Translations under genes and position numbers: made by a program
Notes under the pieces: generated by a model
Told to the model about the DNA's origin: nothing
Databases searched by the model: none
What the model saw: only the letters and a program-made list of their open reading frames with translations
Shown: one piece after another, positions 37,995 through 47,282 of the stretch
Layout: the number at the start of each line of letters is the position of its first letter
Numbering within the stretch: the stretch's first letter is position 1
Source: Bacteroidaceae bacterium
Lineage (GTDB): Bacteria; Bacteroidota; Bacteroidia; Bacteroidales; Bacteroidaceae
Assembly: GCA_900770705.1 (NCBI GenBank)
Contig: CAAGLF010000027.1
Span: 6,784 to 70,783 of the forward strand
Length of the DNA stretch: 64,000 nucleotides
Direction: 5' to 3'

Positions 37995-39005
37995 TCAGAT
38001 ATAGTTGGCCTCCGGCGTGATGTCTACGCCGAAACGTGCTTTTACATCGGCTTGTACGCGCTCTGCGAGCTGCACTACTTCGCTCCCGGTGGCTCCGCCG
38101 AGATTGACAAGTACCAGGGCCTGCTTGCTGTAGACGCCGGCTCTTCCGAGCGAGCGGCCTTTCCAGCCGCATTGTTCTATCATCCATCCGGCAGAGAGCT
38201 TGATGCCGCCTTCTACGTCGTAGTGTGGTGCGTCGGGGTAGGCTGCTTGAATGCGCAGCCACGTGGCAGTGTCGACCACGGGGTTCATAAAGAAGGAGCC
38301 CGCGCTGCCTGTTTCGGCGGGGTCGGGGAGTTTGCGTCGTCGCACGTCGATGATGACGTCGCGCAGGGCTGCAGCGGTGAGTCTGCCGCCGCCGCGTTCT
38401 TCCCACTCCTTGCGGAGGCCTCCGTAGTGCAGCTGTGGCTCGAAGTGGCGGGCCAGGCGGAACACGACTGCCGTCACGGCGTATTGTCCGCGCAGTTCGT
38501 GCTTGAATATGCTGCTGCGGTAGGCGTATCTGCATTCGTCGTGACGGAAGGTGCGGGCCTCGCCTGTCTGCATACATACGGTCTCCACCTGCACGATGCG
38601 GTCGGCGGCCTCTACTCCGTAGGCGCCGATGTTCTGCACGGCGCTGGCTCCGACTTCTCCGGGTATGAGCGAGAGGTTTTCGAGGCCGTAGAGTCCCTGT
38701 TCGACGCACCAGGCCACGAGTTCGTCCCACACTTCGCCGGCGCCTACCCACAGGAGTGTTTCTTCCGGCGATGGCTGTCCGATGATCTTGCGTCCATAAA
38801 TGGCGCTGTGGAGCACGGTGCCGGCGTAGTCGCCCGTGAATAGCAGGTTGCTTCCGCCGCCAATGTGCAGCAGGGGGCCTGCCGGGTTGCTTTGCAGGAA
38901 TGCCTGCAGTTCTTCGACCGAGGCGTATTCTGCGAAGCGGCTGCACCGGGTGTCTATGCCGAAGGTGTTGTGGTGCAGGAGGGAGTAGTTTTCGAGTATC
39001 TTCAT
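37995..39005 (-). CDS. murB: UDP-N-acetylmuramate dehydrogenase
   Basis: NTFGI, GGGSNLL, LENLSLIPG..GA..VQNIGAYG, GSFFMNP, QALVLVN. Confidence 0.97.
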   Translation of the reverse strand: MKILENYSLLHHNTFGIDTRCSRFAEYASVEELQAFLQSNPAGPLLHIGGGSNLLFTGDYAGTVLHSAIYGRKIIGQPSPEETLLWVGAGEVWDELVAWCVEQGLYGLENLSLIPGEVGASAVQNIGAYGVEAADRIVQVETVCMQTGEARTFRHDECRYAYRSSIFKHELRGQYAVTAVVFRLARHFEPQLHYGGLRKEWEERGGGRLTAAALRDVIIDVRRRKLPDPAETGSAGSFFMNPVVDTATWLRIQAAYPDAPHYDVEGGIKLSAGWMIEQCGWKGRSLGRAGVYSKQALVLVNLGGATGSEVVQLAERVQADVKARFGVDITPEANYI

Positions 39006-39045
39006 AAGCGGGAGGGTGCTGGGGCCGCAGGGTTGTCGGGGCGGC

Positions 39046-39867
39046 TTAGTTGTCGAGGCTGGTGAGGAGCCACATTCCCTTTATCTTCTTGAAGGTGAGC
39101 GTACAGCTCATTCCGCCCGACATGCTGCTGAGTACGAGCACGCGGGTGTGGGTGTTTTCGTACGACTGTCCGTAGTTGATGTTGGTGATGACGCCTTGCG
39201 GCAGTTCGGGCCGATAGTCTGGCCACTGGTCTGCGGTGACGGTGCCTTCTATCTCCTGGAAATTGTCGTAATCGTAGGTTTTGAAGTGGAATGTCTCGGC
39301 GATATGTGCCTGCTGGTAGGCTTCATCGTTGACGAAGCGGTTGAGAAAATCGTAGAAGTCGGCGTTGGCGTTGTGGTGGAAGGCGTGTTCCACGATTTTC
39401 TCCAGTCTCCATTGTCCTCTGTGCTTCAGAAAGTCGTATTCCTTCACCCTTTTCTGCCGCAGGTACACCCATTCGACGACTACGTGGCTGAGGGATGTGT
39501 CTTTCTCGCAGCCCACGGAGCGTTCGTCGGCGAAAATCATTGTGTAGTAGTCCTTTCGTGCGTAGAGGCGGTCGAAGGTCCATTCTTCGGGCCTGATGTG
39601 CTTCACTGTCCCGTCGACTGCTACTTCGAGGGGGAACTTGATGCGTTCTTGCTGGAACTTGCGGTTGCGCATGAAGTTGTAGATGAAGTCGTCGAACAAG
39701 CCATCGGCCACTGCGGGCGGTTCGGGCTCGCTGACTGCGGTGGTGTCGGCGGCGGTGTCGGCAGCCAGCGTGTCGGGCTGCGTCTTGGCCGGTTCTTCCG
39801 GCTTGCTCTGCCGGCAAGCCAGAGGGATTGTCATCAGCAGGATGAACAAAAGCAAAGAGTGTCTCAT
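39046..39867 (-). CDS. Lipoprotein (DUF4348-like)
   Basis: Lipobox PLAC; LFDDFIYNF...FQQERIKFPL, duplicated FxxF..RF..D..YQ motif; -7 box at 39953-39960 (minus). Confidence 0.75.
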   Translation of the reverse strand: MRHSLLLFILLMTIPLACRQSKPEEPAKTQPDTLAADTAADTTAVSEPEPPAVADGLFDDFIYNFMRNRKFQQERIKFPLEVAVDGTVKHIRPEEWTFDRLYARKDYYTMIFADERSVGCEKDTSLSHVVVEWVYLRQKRVKEYDFLKHRGQWRLEKIVEHAFHHNANADFYDFLNRFVNDEAYQQAHIAETFHFKTYDYDNFQEIEGTVTADQWPDYRPELPQGVITNINYGQSYENTHTRVLVLSSMSGGMSCTLTFKKIKGMWLLTSLDN

Positions 39868-40003
39868 CTGAACGTTTCCTAAATGCCGTGTGCGAAAAGC
39901 CGGCTGCTCCCGGAAGAGCGGCTGGCGGTGCGCCCGGCCTTGTTCTGACGGGCAAAAATACGGCTTTTCCGCTGAAGAAAGGGCGTATTTCATAATAATT
40001 TTT

Positions 40004-40011
40004 TACCTTTG
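40004..40011 (+). promoter_or_regulatory. -7 promoter element for pheS
   Basis: TACCTTTG, back-to-back with divergent box at 39953-39960. Confidence 0.65.
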
Positions 40012-40050
40012 CAGAGCAAAAAAAGGGAATGCCGTAGCCGGCCTTTCGTA

Positions 40051-40129
40051 TCGCGGCGGAAATTTTTCTAACCGGCCTTGGAAATTTTTTTTCCGGCCTT
40101 GCAGTTTTTCCGTTCTCCGAGGTTCTGCC
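40051..40129. repeat. 21-bp-periodic array, copy 10 (putative pheS 5' leader)
   Basis: 40051 TCGCGGCGGAAATTTTTCTAA, 40072 CCGGCCTTGGAAATTTTTTTT, 40093 CCGGCCTTGCAGTTTTTCCGT, 40114 TCTCCGAGGTTCTGCC. Confidence 0.85.
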
Positions 40130-40213
40130 GGCGCCCTATGGGGGAAGGTGAGGCCGCAGCCGTGTGCCGGCGTTTTCCCAGGTCGAGAATTGAAAATACA
40201 TCCTCAAAACACT

Positions 40214-41233
40214 ATGATAGCAAAGATAGAAAACCTGCTGAAAGAGGTGGCAGGACTTACCGCCTCCGACGAAAAAGAAGTGGAAGCCCTCCGCATTAAA
40301 TATCTCTCGAAGAAAGGTGTGCTGAACGACCTGATGGCCGAATTCCGCACCGTGGCTCCCGAGCAGAAGAGGGAGCTGGGTATGCGTCTGAATGAGCTGA
40401 AGACTGCCATACAGGACAAGCTGGGCGCGCTCAGGGCCGAGACGGCCACGAAGGAGGAGGACCATAGCGGTATTGACCTCACGCGCACTGCCTATCCCGT
40501 ACGCCTGGGTACGCGCCACCCCCTGAGTATCGTGAAGAACGAGATTATCGACATCTTCAGCCGCCTCGGCTTCTCGCTGGCTGATGGTCCGGAGGTGGAG
40601 GACGACTGGCACGTGTTCTCTTCGATGAATTTTGCCGAAGACCATCCGGCTCGCGATATGCAGGATACCTTCTTCATCGAGCAACATCCCGACATCATTC
40701 TCCGCACGCACACCTCGAGCGTGCAGAGCCGTGTGATGGAGACGCAGCAGCCTCCCATCCGCGTGATTTGTCCGGGCCGCGTGTATCGCAACGAGGCTAT
40801 CTCGGCCCGCGCCCACTGCTTTTTCCACCAGGTGGAGGGGCTCTACATCGACAAGGACGTGTCGTTCACGGACCTGAAGCAGGTGTTGCTCACCTTTGCC
40901 CGCGAGATGTTCGGCGCCGACACCAAGATACGCCTGCGTCCCTCCTATTTCCCGTTCACCGAGCCCAGCGCAGAGATGGACATCAGCTGCAACATCTGCG
41001 GCGGCGAGGGCTGCGCGTTCTGCAAGCACACCGGCTGGGTGGAGATTCTGGGCTGCGGAATGGTGGATCCCAATGTGCTCGAGGCCAACGGCATTGACCC
41101 GAAGATCTACAAGGGCTACGCCTTCGGAATGGGCGTGGAGCGTATCACGAACTTGAAGTATCAGGTGAAGGACCTACGCCTCTTCTCCGAAAACGACGTG
41201 CGCTTTCTGGAAGAATTTACGTCGGCCAATTAG
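40214..41233 (+). CDS. pheS: Phenylalanine--tRNA ligase alpha subunit
   Basis: HPARDMQDTF, LRTHTS, FHQVEGL, YFPFTEPS, GFAFGMGVERI-like. Confidence 0.98.
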   Translation: MIAKIENLLKEVAGLTASDEKEVEALRIKYLSKKGVLNDLMAEFRTVAPEQKRELGMRLNELKTAIQDKLGALRAETATKEEDHSGIDLTRTAYPVRLGTRHPLSIVKNEIIDIFSRLGFSLADGPEVEDDWHVFSSMNFAEDHPARDMQDTFFIEQHPDIILRTHTSSVQSRVMETQQPPIRVICPGRVYRNEAISARAHCFFHQVEGLYIDKDVSFTDLKQVLLTFAREMFGADTKIRLRPSYFPFTEPSAEMDISCNICGGEGCAFCKHTGWVEILGCGMVDPNVLEANGIDPKIYKGYAFGMGVERITNLKYQVKDLRLFSENDVRFLEEFTSAN

Positions 41234-41251
41234 TGCCGCCGGCGTTTCTGC

Positions 41252-41298
41252 TGCGGACGGGCGGGCAAACAGCACTTTGCCCGCCCGTCCGCACTTTT
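41252..41298 (+). terminator. Intrinsic terminator after pheS
   Basis: Perfect 18-bp IR TGCGGACGGGCGGGCAAA/TTTGCCCGCCCGTCCGCA followed by CTTTT. Confidence 0.7.
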
Positions 41299-41317
41299 AT
41301 CCGCCTATATATAAATA

Positions 41318-42679
41318 ATGTCTGCCCCCGTCCGTCTCTTCCGGCGCAGCTATGTCTGCATCCTGGCGGCCAACTTCCTGCTTTTCTTCGGATTCTGGCT
41401 GCTTATTCCCGTGCTGCCTTTTTATCTGAAGGAGCAATTCGGTTGTGCCGAGGCCACCATCGGCGCTATCTTGAGCTGCTATACGATTTCCGCGCTCTGC
41501 GTGCGGCCTTTCTCGGGGGCCCTGCTCGATACCTTTCCCCGGCGTCCGCTCTACCTGCTGGCCTATCTGGTTTTCACCCTGCTTTTTGCCGGTTACATCG
41601 TGGCCGGCACGCTCCTCGTGTTTGTGGCACTACGTATGGCGCACGGCCTGGCTTTCGGTACGGTGACGGTGGGCGGCAATACGCTGGTGGTCGACATCAT
41701 GCCGGCCCAGCGACGGGGCGAGGGCCTGGGATATTATGGTCTGACGAACAATCTGGCTATGAGTCTCGGCCCGATGGTCGGCCTGTTGTTGCACGGCGTA
41801 GTGTCGTTCGACGTGATATTCTGCATTTCCCTGGCAGCCTGTACGGCGGGCCTGCTGTTTGCCTCGCAAGCCAGGCCGCCCCAGAAGCGGCCGGCGGCCG
41901 TGGAGGAGTCCGCCCCGCACGCAGCGGTCGCTCCCCTCGTGCCATCGGCGCGGAACGACTGCGGCAATAGTAAAAACTTCTGCGGCGTAAATCGCGATTA
42001 TCGCCGCGAAAAGAGGGAGGACCGCCGCGAAACTTCCGCCTTCGAACGTGTGTTGCAGCGCAAGCTCGACCGCTTCATCCTCTTGCGTGGTCTGCCGGCC
42101 GGCTTCGCCCTTATGCTGCTCTCCATCCCGTATGGGGCGACCACCAACTTCGTGGCAATGTATGTCGAGCAGATAGGGCTGCCTGTCGAGCCCGGCTATT
42201 TCTTTACCCTGCTGGCCTGCGGAATGGGCGTGTCGCGGCTCTTCGCCGGCAAATATGTGGACAAGGGCTACGTGACGGAGTGCATACACTATGGTTTCTA
42301 CCTCGTGATCCTCGCTTTTATGCTGCTGGGCGCGTGTCCCTGGGTGGCAGAGCGGGCCGCTGCAGCGGCTGTGGCTGCTTTCTTTGCCGTACCCCTGCTG
42401 CAGGGCGTGGGCTTCGGCATTATGTTTCCTGCCTACAATTCTCTCTACATCAATCTGGCGCGTCACGACCAGCGAGCTACGGCCACCAGTACGTATCTCA
42501 CCTCCTGGGACCTGGGCATCGGGCTCGGAATGGTGCTGAGCGGACTTATTGCCGAGTGCTTCTCCTTCTCCGCCGTCTATCTCACCGGCGGCGTGCTCTG
42601 TATGATAGCTATGGCCTTCTTCGACTACATCGTCACGCCCCACTATCACCATTACGTCGTGTCCGGACGCCGCAGCTGA
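41318..42679 (+). CDS. MFS transporter with enlarged central loop
   Basis: 12-TM pattern, RPFSG.LLD..PRR, RRGEGLGYYG; long hydrophilic central loop. Confidence 0.9.
   Translation: MSAPVRLFRRSYVCILAANFLLFFGFWLLIPVLPFYLKEQFGCAEATIGAILSCYTISALCVRPFSGALLDTFPRRPLYLLAYLVFTLLFAGYIVAGTLLVFVALRMAHGLAFGTVTVGGNTLVVDIMPAQRRGEGLGYYGLTNNLAMSLGPMVGLLLHGVVSFDVIFCISLAACTAGLLFASQARPPQKRPAAVEESAPHAAVAPLVPSARNDCGNSKNFCGVNRDYRREKREDRRETSAFERVLQRKLDRFILLRGLPAGFALMLLSIPYGATTNFVAMYVEQIGLPVEPGYFFTLLACGMGVSRLFAGKYVDKGYVTECIHYGFYLVILAFMLLGACPWVAERAAAAAVAAFFAVPLLQGVGFGIMFPAYNSLYINLARHDQRATATSTYLTSWDLGIGLGMVLSGLIAECFSFSAVYLTGGVLCMIAMAFFDYIVTPHYHHYVVSGRRS
41959..42040. repeat. 21-bp-periodic array, copy 11 (in-frame inside MFS gene)
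   Basis: 41959 CTGCGGCAATAGTAAAAACTT, 41980 CTGCGGCGTAAATCGCGATTA, 42001 TCGCCGCGAAAAGAGGGAGGA, 42022 CCGCCGCGAAACTTCCGCC. Confidence 0.8.
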
Positions 42680-42899
42680 GCCGCCCTGCCGCCTATGGGC
42701 GTGGCCAGCGGCAGCAAAAGGGTAAAAACGGCACATTTCAGGCCCGAAGTGCGCAAAGAAGCCGGAAGTTTCGCCCCGGAAACGGAAAAAAGTTGTATTT
42801 TTGCAGCCGGTTTTTGCACGCTGACGCCGCTCGTTGTGCAAAAAAGCGTGCCCGATGAACGCACAAATGCAATAATCTCATCCATAAGCTTTCGAAACA

Positions 42900-43847
42900 A
42901 TGGCTACAAACGACAACCTTTCCACACAGAAGCCTTCCGGTGCCGCTTGCTCCGACAGACCTTCCCGTCAGAGCAAGGCCGGCTGGATAGTAGCCGCCAT
43001 CCTGCTCCTTCTGCTCGTCGGCGGAGGACTGGGCGTGTACTTCTATTTCAACTCCATGCATACCAATCAGGCCGAAGAGACCGCCTACGCCATTCTGGAG
43101 GACAACTGCGACACCGCCGACTACGAGGCATTTCTGGCTGCCTACCCCGAAAGCCGGTATACGGCCGAGGTGAAGGCACGGCTGGAGGACCTGCGACGCG
43201 AAGAGAGCGCCTGGGACAATCTCCGCCTGTCGGACAACGTGCTCCTGCTGCGCCGATTCCTCGACGAACATGCCGGCAACAAGCGCCTGGCACTGCTCTG
43301 CGGACAGCGTATCGACTCGCTCGACTGGGTGGCCGCACGGAAGGAGGGCACGCCCGAAGCCTACCAGCGCTACCGTGAGCAGCACCCCGACGGACGATAT
43401 CTTGCGGAAGCCTCCGTGGCAGAGGACAACGCCATCGAGATGCAGCTCACCGATGAAGAGCGCGTGGTAGTGGAGGCCACTGTCGAGAACTTCTTCAACG
43501 CCTTCGCCGCCAACGACGACGCTACCTACTGTTCGCTCATCACGCCGACGATGAAACACTTTCTTGGCAAGAAAAACGCCACCAAAGCCGACGTCATAGC
43601 CAGCATCAGCAGGATGTTCAACGAACACATAGAGCGCTGCACGTTCACCATCAACGACGACTACGAAATCGAGAAACTGCAGGAGGAAGGACAGACTGCC
43701 TTCCGCGCCGCCTTCAGCGTAGACCAGCGGATTACCCGCGACAACGAGGGGAAAACCTTCGGCTCCTACAAGGCCGAAGTACGGCTGAACAGCCAGTTCA
43801 AACTTACCGCCTTGCAGATGACGGAGATATCTGCCAAGCGCGACTAG
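42900..43847 (+). CDS. Membrane-anchored hypothetical protein with helical repeats and NTF2-like C-terminus
   Basis: Single TM; YEAFLAAYPESRY / YQRYREQHPDGRY repeats; VENFFNAF domain; TATTTTTG -7 box at 42796-42803. Confidence 0.6.
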   Translation: MATNDNLSTQKPSGAACSDRPSRQSKAGWIVAAILLLLLVGGGLGVYFYFNSMHTNQAEETAYAILEDNCDTADYEAFLAAYPESRYTAEVKARLEDLRREESAWDNLRLSDNVLLLRRFLDEHAGNKRLALLCGQRIDSLDWVAARKEGTPEAYQRYREQHPDGRYLAEASVAEDNAIEMQLTDEERVVVEATVENFFNAFAANDDATYCSLITPTMKHFLGKKNATKADVIASISRMFNEHIERCTFTINDDYEIEKLQEEGQTAFRAAFSVDQRITRDNEGKTFGSYKAEVRLNSQFKLTALQMTEISAKRD

Positions 43848-43872
43848 AGAGCCCAAACACATCCCGAACACT

Positions 43873-44334
43873 ATGATAACGATTCACAATTACGAAGAAT
43901 TCGCCTCCTATCTCGGCAAGGAAATAGGCGTGTCCGACTGGTTGGAAGTTCCCCAGTCGCGTATCAATCAGTTTGCCGACGCCACCCTCGATCACCAGTG
44001 GATACACGTTGACGAAGAGAGGGCCCGGCAGGAAAGTCCTTTTGGCCAGACCATCGTACACGGCTACCTGACGCTCTCGCTCTTGCCCTATCTGTGGCAG
44101 CAGTTGATACAGGTGGAAAACCTGAAGCTGATGGTGAACTACGGTATGGACAAAATGAAGTTCGGCCAGGCCGTACTCTCGGGCCAGTCCGTGCGCCTTG
44201 TGGCCTCGCTGCACAGCCTGGTCAATCTCAGAGGTATAGCCAAGGCTGAAATCAAGTTTGCCATCGAGATCAAGGACCAGAAGAAGCACGCCATCGACGG
44301 CATAGCCACCTTCCTCTACCACTTCAACGACTGA
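43873..44334 (+). CDS. MaoC-family dehydratase
   Basis: FADATLDHQWIHVD.ERA, TIVHGYLTLS, VNYGMDK. Confidence 0.92.
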   Translation: MITIHNYEEFASYLGKEIGVSDWLEVPQSRINQFADATLDHQWIHVDEERARQESPFGQTIVHGYLTLSLLPYLWQQLIQVENLKLMVNYGMDKMKFGQAVLSGQSVRLVASLHSLVNLRGIAKAEIKFAIEIKDQKKHAIDGIATFLYHFND

Positions 44335-44372
44335 CGGCAGCCGCCGAAAGAGAGAGTAGCAGCAGCCCGACA

Positions 44373-44969
44373 ATGGACACTTACCGCACTTTGGCTTCGT
44401 CTGGCGAGGCACAGTTCACCGAGAAACGCAGCAGGTTCCTCGCCTTTGCCTGCCATGTGGCCGACGAAGCCGAGGCCCGCGGGCGGGTGGCCGAGTTGCG
44501 CAAGCGTTACTACGACGCCCGCCATGTATGCTGGGCCTATGCCATCGGTTTCAACGGCGAAAGCACCCGTGCCAACGACGACGGCGAGCCTTCCGGCTCT
44601 GCCGGCAAGCCCATCCTGGGCAGAATCGTCTCTGCCGGCCTCACCTTCACGCTCGTCTGCGTGGTGCGCTACTTTGGCGGCGTGAAGCTCGGTACGGGCG
44701 GTCTGGCCGTGGCCTACAAGACGGCTGCCGCCCTGGCGCTGGAAGCCGCCACGGCCGAGGAGCGCATTCAGACACAGCGTCTGCAGGCCGACTGTCCCTA
44801 CGCCGACGTGGACCAAGCTATGCGCAAGGTGCGCGACTGCGGCGCCGACATCGTGGCACGCGAATATACCGCCGTCTCCACCGTGCTTACCATAGAGGTG
44901 CGGCTCGACGAGGCTGCCCGCCTGCGAGCATCGCTCGGCACTATGCTCGGTGTGCAGCTGCTATCGTAG
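44373..44969 (+). CDS. YigZ/IMPACT family protein
   Basis: EKRSRF, ARHVCWAY, DDGEPSGSAG.P, VRYFGGVKLG.GGL..AY. Confidence 0.95.
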   Translation: MDTYRTLASSGEAQFTEKRSRFLAFACHVADEAEARGRVAELRKRYYDARHVCWAYAIGFNGESTRANDDGEPSGSAGKPILGRIVSAGLTFTLVCVVRYFGGVKLGTGGLAVAYKTAAALALEAATAEERIQTQRLQADCPYADVDQAMRKVRDCGADIVAREYTAVSTVLTIEVRLDEAARLRASLGTMLGVQLLS

Positions 44970-45031
44970 GATTCCCTGCAGCCGTCTGCCATCGCGACTG
45001 TGGCGGCTGACCACCCAATCACAGAAAGAAG

Positions 45032-45556
45032 ATGAAAATACTCCCCCTTGCCGCCTGCCCCGACTGGCTCGATGCCTGCGTGCGGCTGTACGAAGAAGCC
45101 TTTCCACCCGCCGAACGCCGTACGGCCACGGGCTGGAAGCTGCAGATTGCCACACGTCCGCGCTTCGATGTGCACGTGCTGGAGGACGAAGCTGGCTTTG
45201 CCGGTTTCATCAGCAGCTGGCAGTTGAGCCGCTGCCGCTATGTGGAACATTTCGCCGTGCTGCCCGAGCGGCGTTCTGGCGGCATAGGAACGCAGGCGCT
45301 GGCTGCCTTTCTGCGTATGTGCGGCGATACGCCCGTCGTGCTCGAGGTGGAGTTGCCCGAGAGTGAGCTGGCCGTGCGCCGTATCGGCTTCTACCGTCGC
45401 AATGGCTTCGTGCTGAGCGAGCTGGACTACCTGCAACCACCCTATGAAGCCGGCGGAGAGCTGCTCCCCCTACGCCTGATGACGTACGGCGAGGTGGAAA
45501 GGCTCGACCAGGTGGCCCGCGAAATCCACCGCGTGGTCTACCAGTACGAGGACTGA
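45032..45556 (+). CDS. GNAT-family N-acetyltransferase
   Basis: LYEEAFP..ERR, EHFAV....RSGGIG, LEVE.P, RRIGFY.RNGF. Confidence 0.9.
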   Translation: MKILPLAACPDWLDACVRLYEEAFPPAERRTATGWKLQIATRPRFDVHVLEDEAGFAGFISSWQLSRCRYVEHFAVLPERRSGGIGTQALAAFLRMCGDTPVVLEVELPESELAVRRIGFYRRNGFVLSELDYLQPPYEAGGELLPLRLMTYGEVERLDQVAREIHRVVYQYED

Positions 45557-45590
45557 GCACGCCGCCGGTTCGCTGTGGCGGATGTCGGCA

Positions 45591-45675
45591 GAAATACTTC
45601 CGAGTTGCCTTTCCCTAAGTGGCCTGTAAGAAAAATTTCGGGCCACTAATTTTTTTCTGTCTCCGTACTTCTCCC
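45591..45675. repeat. 21-bp-periodic array, copy 12
   Basis: 45597 CTTCCGAGTTGCCTTTCCCTA, 45618 AGTGGCCTGTAAGAAAAATTT, 45639 CGGGCCACTAATTTTTTTCTG, 45660 TCTCCGTACTTCTCC. Confidence 0.75.
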
Positions 45676-45898
45676 TGCTGTCGTGGCAAAGAGGGGGGCG
45701 CGCCTTGGCGTTTCCGGCCGTTCGCCCCCTTTTCGGTGTCGCTGGCAGCATTTTTCGGCAGGGTAGGGCGGCCGTACTCGAAAATTATTGTACTTTTGCG
45801 GACATCTTATGACAGGAACGTCCGCCGGCATTGCCCCCGCGGCTGCGTCCGGCCCTTGTGCACTGCGTGCTCCCTGTCGGCAAACACATTTGACGGCT

Positions 45899-46450
45899 AT
45901 GATATTCGGAGAATACGTGGAACTGGAAATCGAAGGACTCTCTGAGGGAACTTCCCTGCGGGGCATCTACATCGTGGTGCTTCGGGAGAAGGGCGGGAAG
46001 AGGCTGCTGCCGCTTCTCGTGAGCCACGAGGAGTACGGACAGCTCTACGAGGCCATGCGCCATCCGCACCGGGGAGTGGGAGGCGTGTTTGCCGAATGCT
46101 TCCGGCGCCTCGATGTGCAGGCGGACGCCATCTACCTCAATCAGGATGCGCAGGGGAATCAGCGGGCGCTCTTCTCGTTCACACAGCAGGGACATCGCGT
46201 GTCTGTGGAGGGCACGCCGGTAGCGCTCCTGCTGACAGCCATCGAACTGCAGGTGCCCATCGTCTATCCCCGGCGCCTGTTTGAAATGCAGTATCGGCAG
46301 CCCGAAGGCGAAGGACTGCTGGCCGTGCCCATCCGAAATATGTCGCGCGAACTTCTGGAGGCGGCGTTGGCCGACGCTGTGGCGAAGGAGAATTTCGAGC
46401 TGGCTTCCGCCCTGCGCGACGAGCTGAAGCGGCGCACGCAGGCGCAGTGA
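45899..46450 (+). CDS. Divergent bifunctional-nuclease (DUF151)-like protein with C-terminal UVR domain
   Basis: YIVVLRE..G.RLLP; LEAALADAVAKENFELASALRDELK UVR motif; next to rsmE; TACTTTTG -7 box at 45791-45798. Confidence 0.65.
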   Translation: MIFGEYVELEIEGLSEGTSLRGIYIVVLREKGGKRLLPLLVSHEEYGQLYEAMRHPHRGVGGVFAECFRRLDVQADAIYLNQDAQGNQRALFSFTQQGHRVSVEGTPVALLLTAIELQVPIVYPRRLFEMQYRQPEGEGLLAVPIRNMSRELLEAALADAVAKENFELASALRDELKRRTQAQ

Positions 46451-46491
46451 CGCTCCGTCTGTGGCCGCCGAACACCCTCTGTTGACCTGCT

Positions 46492-47256
46492 ATGAAAGAA
46501 ATCCACCTGTTCTACGCCCCCGACATTGCCACGGAAGCACAACTTCCGGACGACGAGGCAGCCCACGCCGTGCGTGTGCTGCGGATGAAGGAGGGCGACA
46601 CGCTGCTTGCCACCGACGGCAAGGGCACATTCTACGACTGCCGGCTCACGCTGGCCACCCCCAAGCGCTGCCTGCTCCGCATTGAGCGCACCGAACGTCC
46701 CGCCCCGCTCTGGCAGGGACGCATAGAGCTGGCCGTAGCCCCCACCAAGAACATCGACCGCATAGAATGGCTGGCGGAGAAGGCCACCGAGATTGGCTGG
46801 GACCGCCTCTGCTTCCTCGACTGCGCCAACTCCGAGCGCCGCGTGGTAAAGACCGAGCGCATACGCCGCGTCGTGGTGGCCGCAATGAAGCAGAGCCGCA
46901 AGCCAGCCGTGCCCGAAGTGGACGAAATGACGGACTTCGACGCCCTGCTGGCGCAGCCCTTCGACGGGCAGCGCTACATAGCCCACTGCCACGACGCCGC
47001 CACACTGCGTGCCGCCGGCCTTGCACTGCCGGAGCATGCCACGGAGGAGGACGTGAAGCCCTTCCTGGCCGACGTGTTGCGGCCGGAACGCGACGCACAG
47101 GTGCTCATAGGCCCCGAGGGCGACTTTTCGGCCGAAGAAGTGAGGCGCGCTGCCGAAGCAGGATGCCAGCCCGTCAGCCTCGGACGCAGCCGGCTGCGCA
47201 CGGAGACGGCAGCCCTGGTGGCCGTTCACCTGATGAATCTCTCCAAACGCCTCTGA
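46492..47256 (+). CDS. rsmE: 16S rRNA m3U1498 methyltransferase
   Basis: HAVRVLR, EKATEIG, AMKQS, IGPEGDF, LG.SRLRTETA. Confidence 0.96.
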   Translation: MKEIHLFYAPDIATEAQLPDDEAAHAVRVLRMKEGDTLLATDGKGTFYDCRLTLATPKRCLLRIERTERPAPLWQGRIELAVAPTKNIDRIEWLAEKATEIGWDRLCFLDCANSERRVVKTERIRRVVVAAMKQSRKPAVPEVDEMTDFDALLAQPFDGQRYIAHCHDAATLRAAGLALPEHATEEDVKPFLADVLRPERDAQVLIGPEGDFSAEEVRRAAEAGCQPVSLGRSRLRTETAALVAVHLMNLSKRL

Positions 47257-47282
47257 ACGAATTCCGATAGCCCTATCCCGAT

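Noticed and set aside
39890..40213. N-terminal extensions of ORF calls (pheS, also TolC, LysE, rsgA, queE, Fur)
   Set aside because: They run through promoter boxes, repeat arrays or neighbouring sequence; family homology starts at the downstream ATG
42760..42795. Array-like GC core + A-tract upstream of ORF 42900
   Set aside because: Single unit overlapping a promoter; no periodicity
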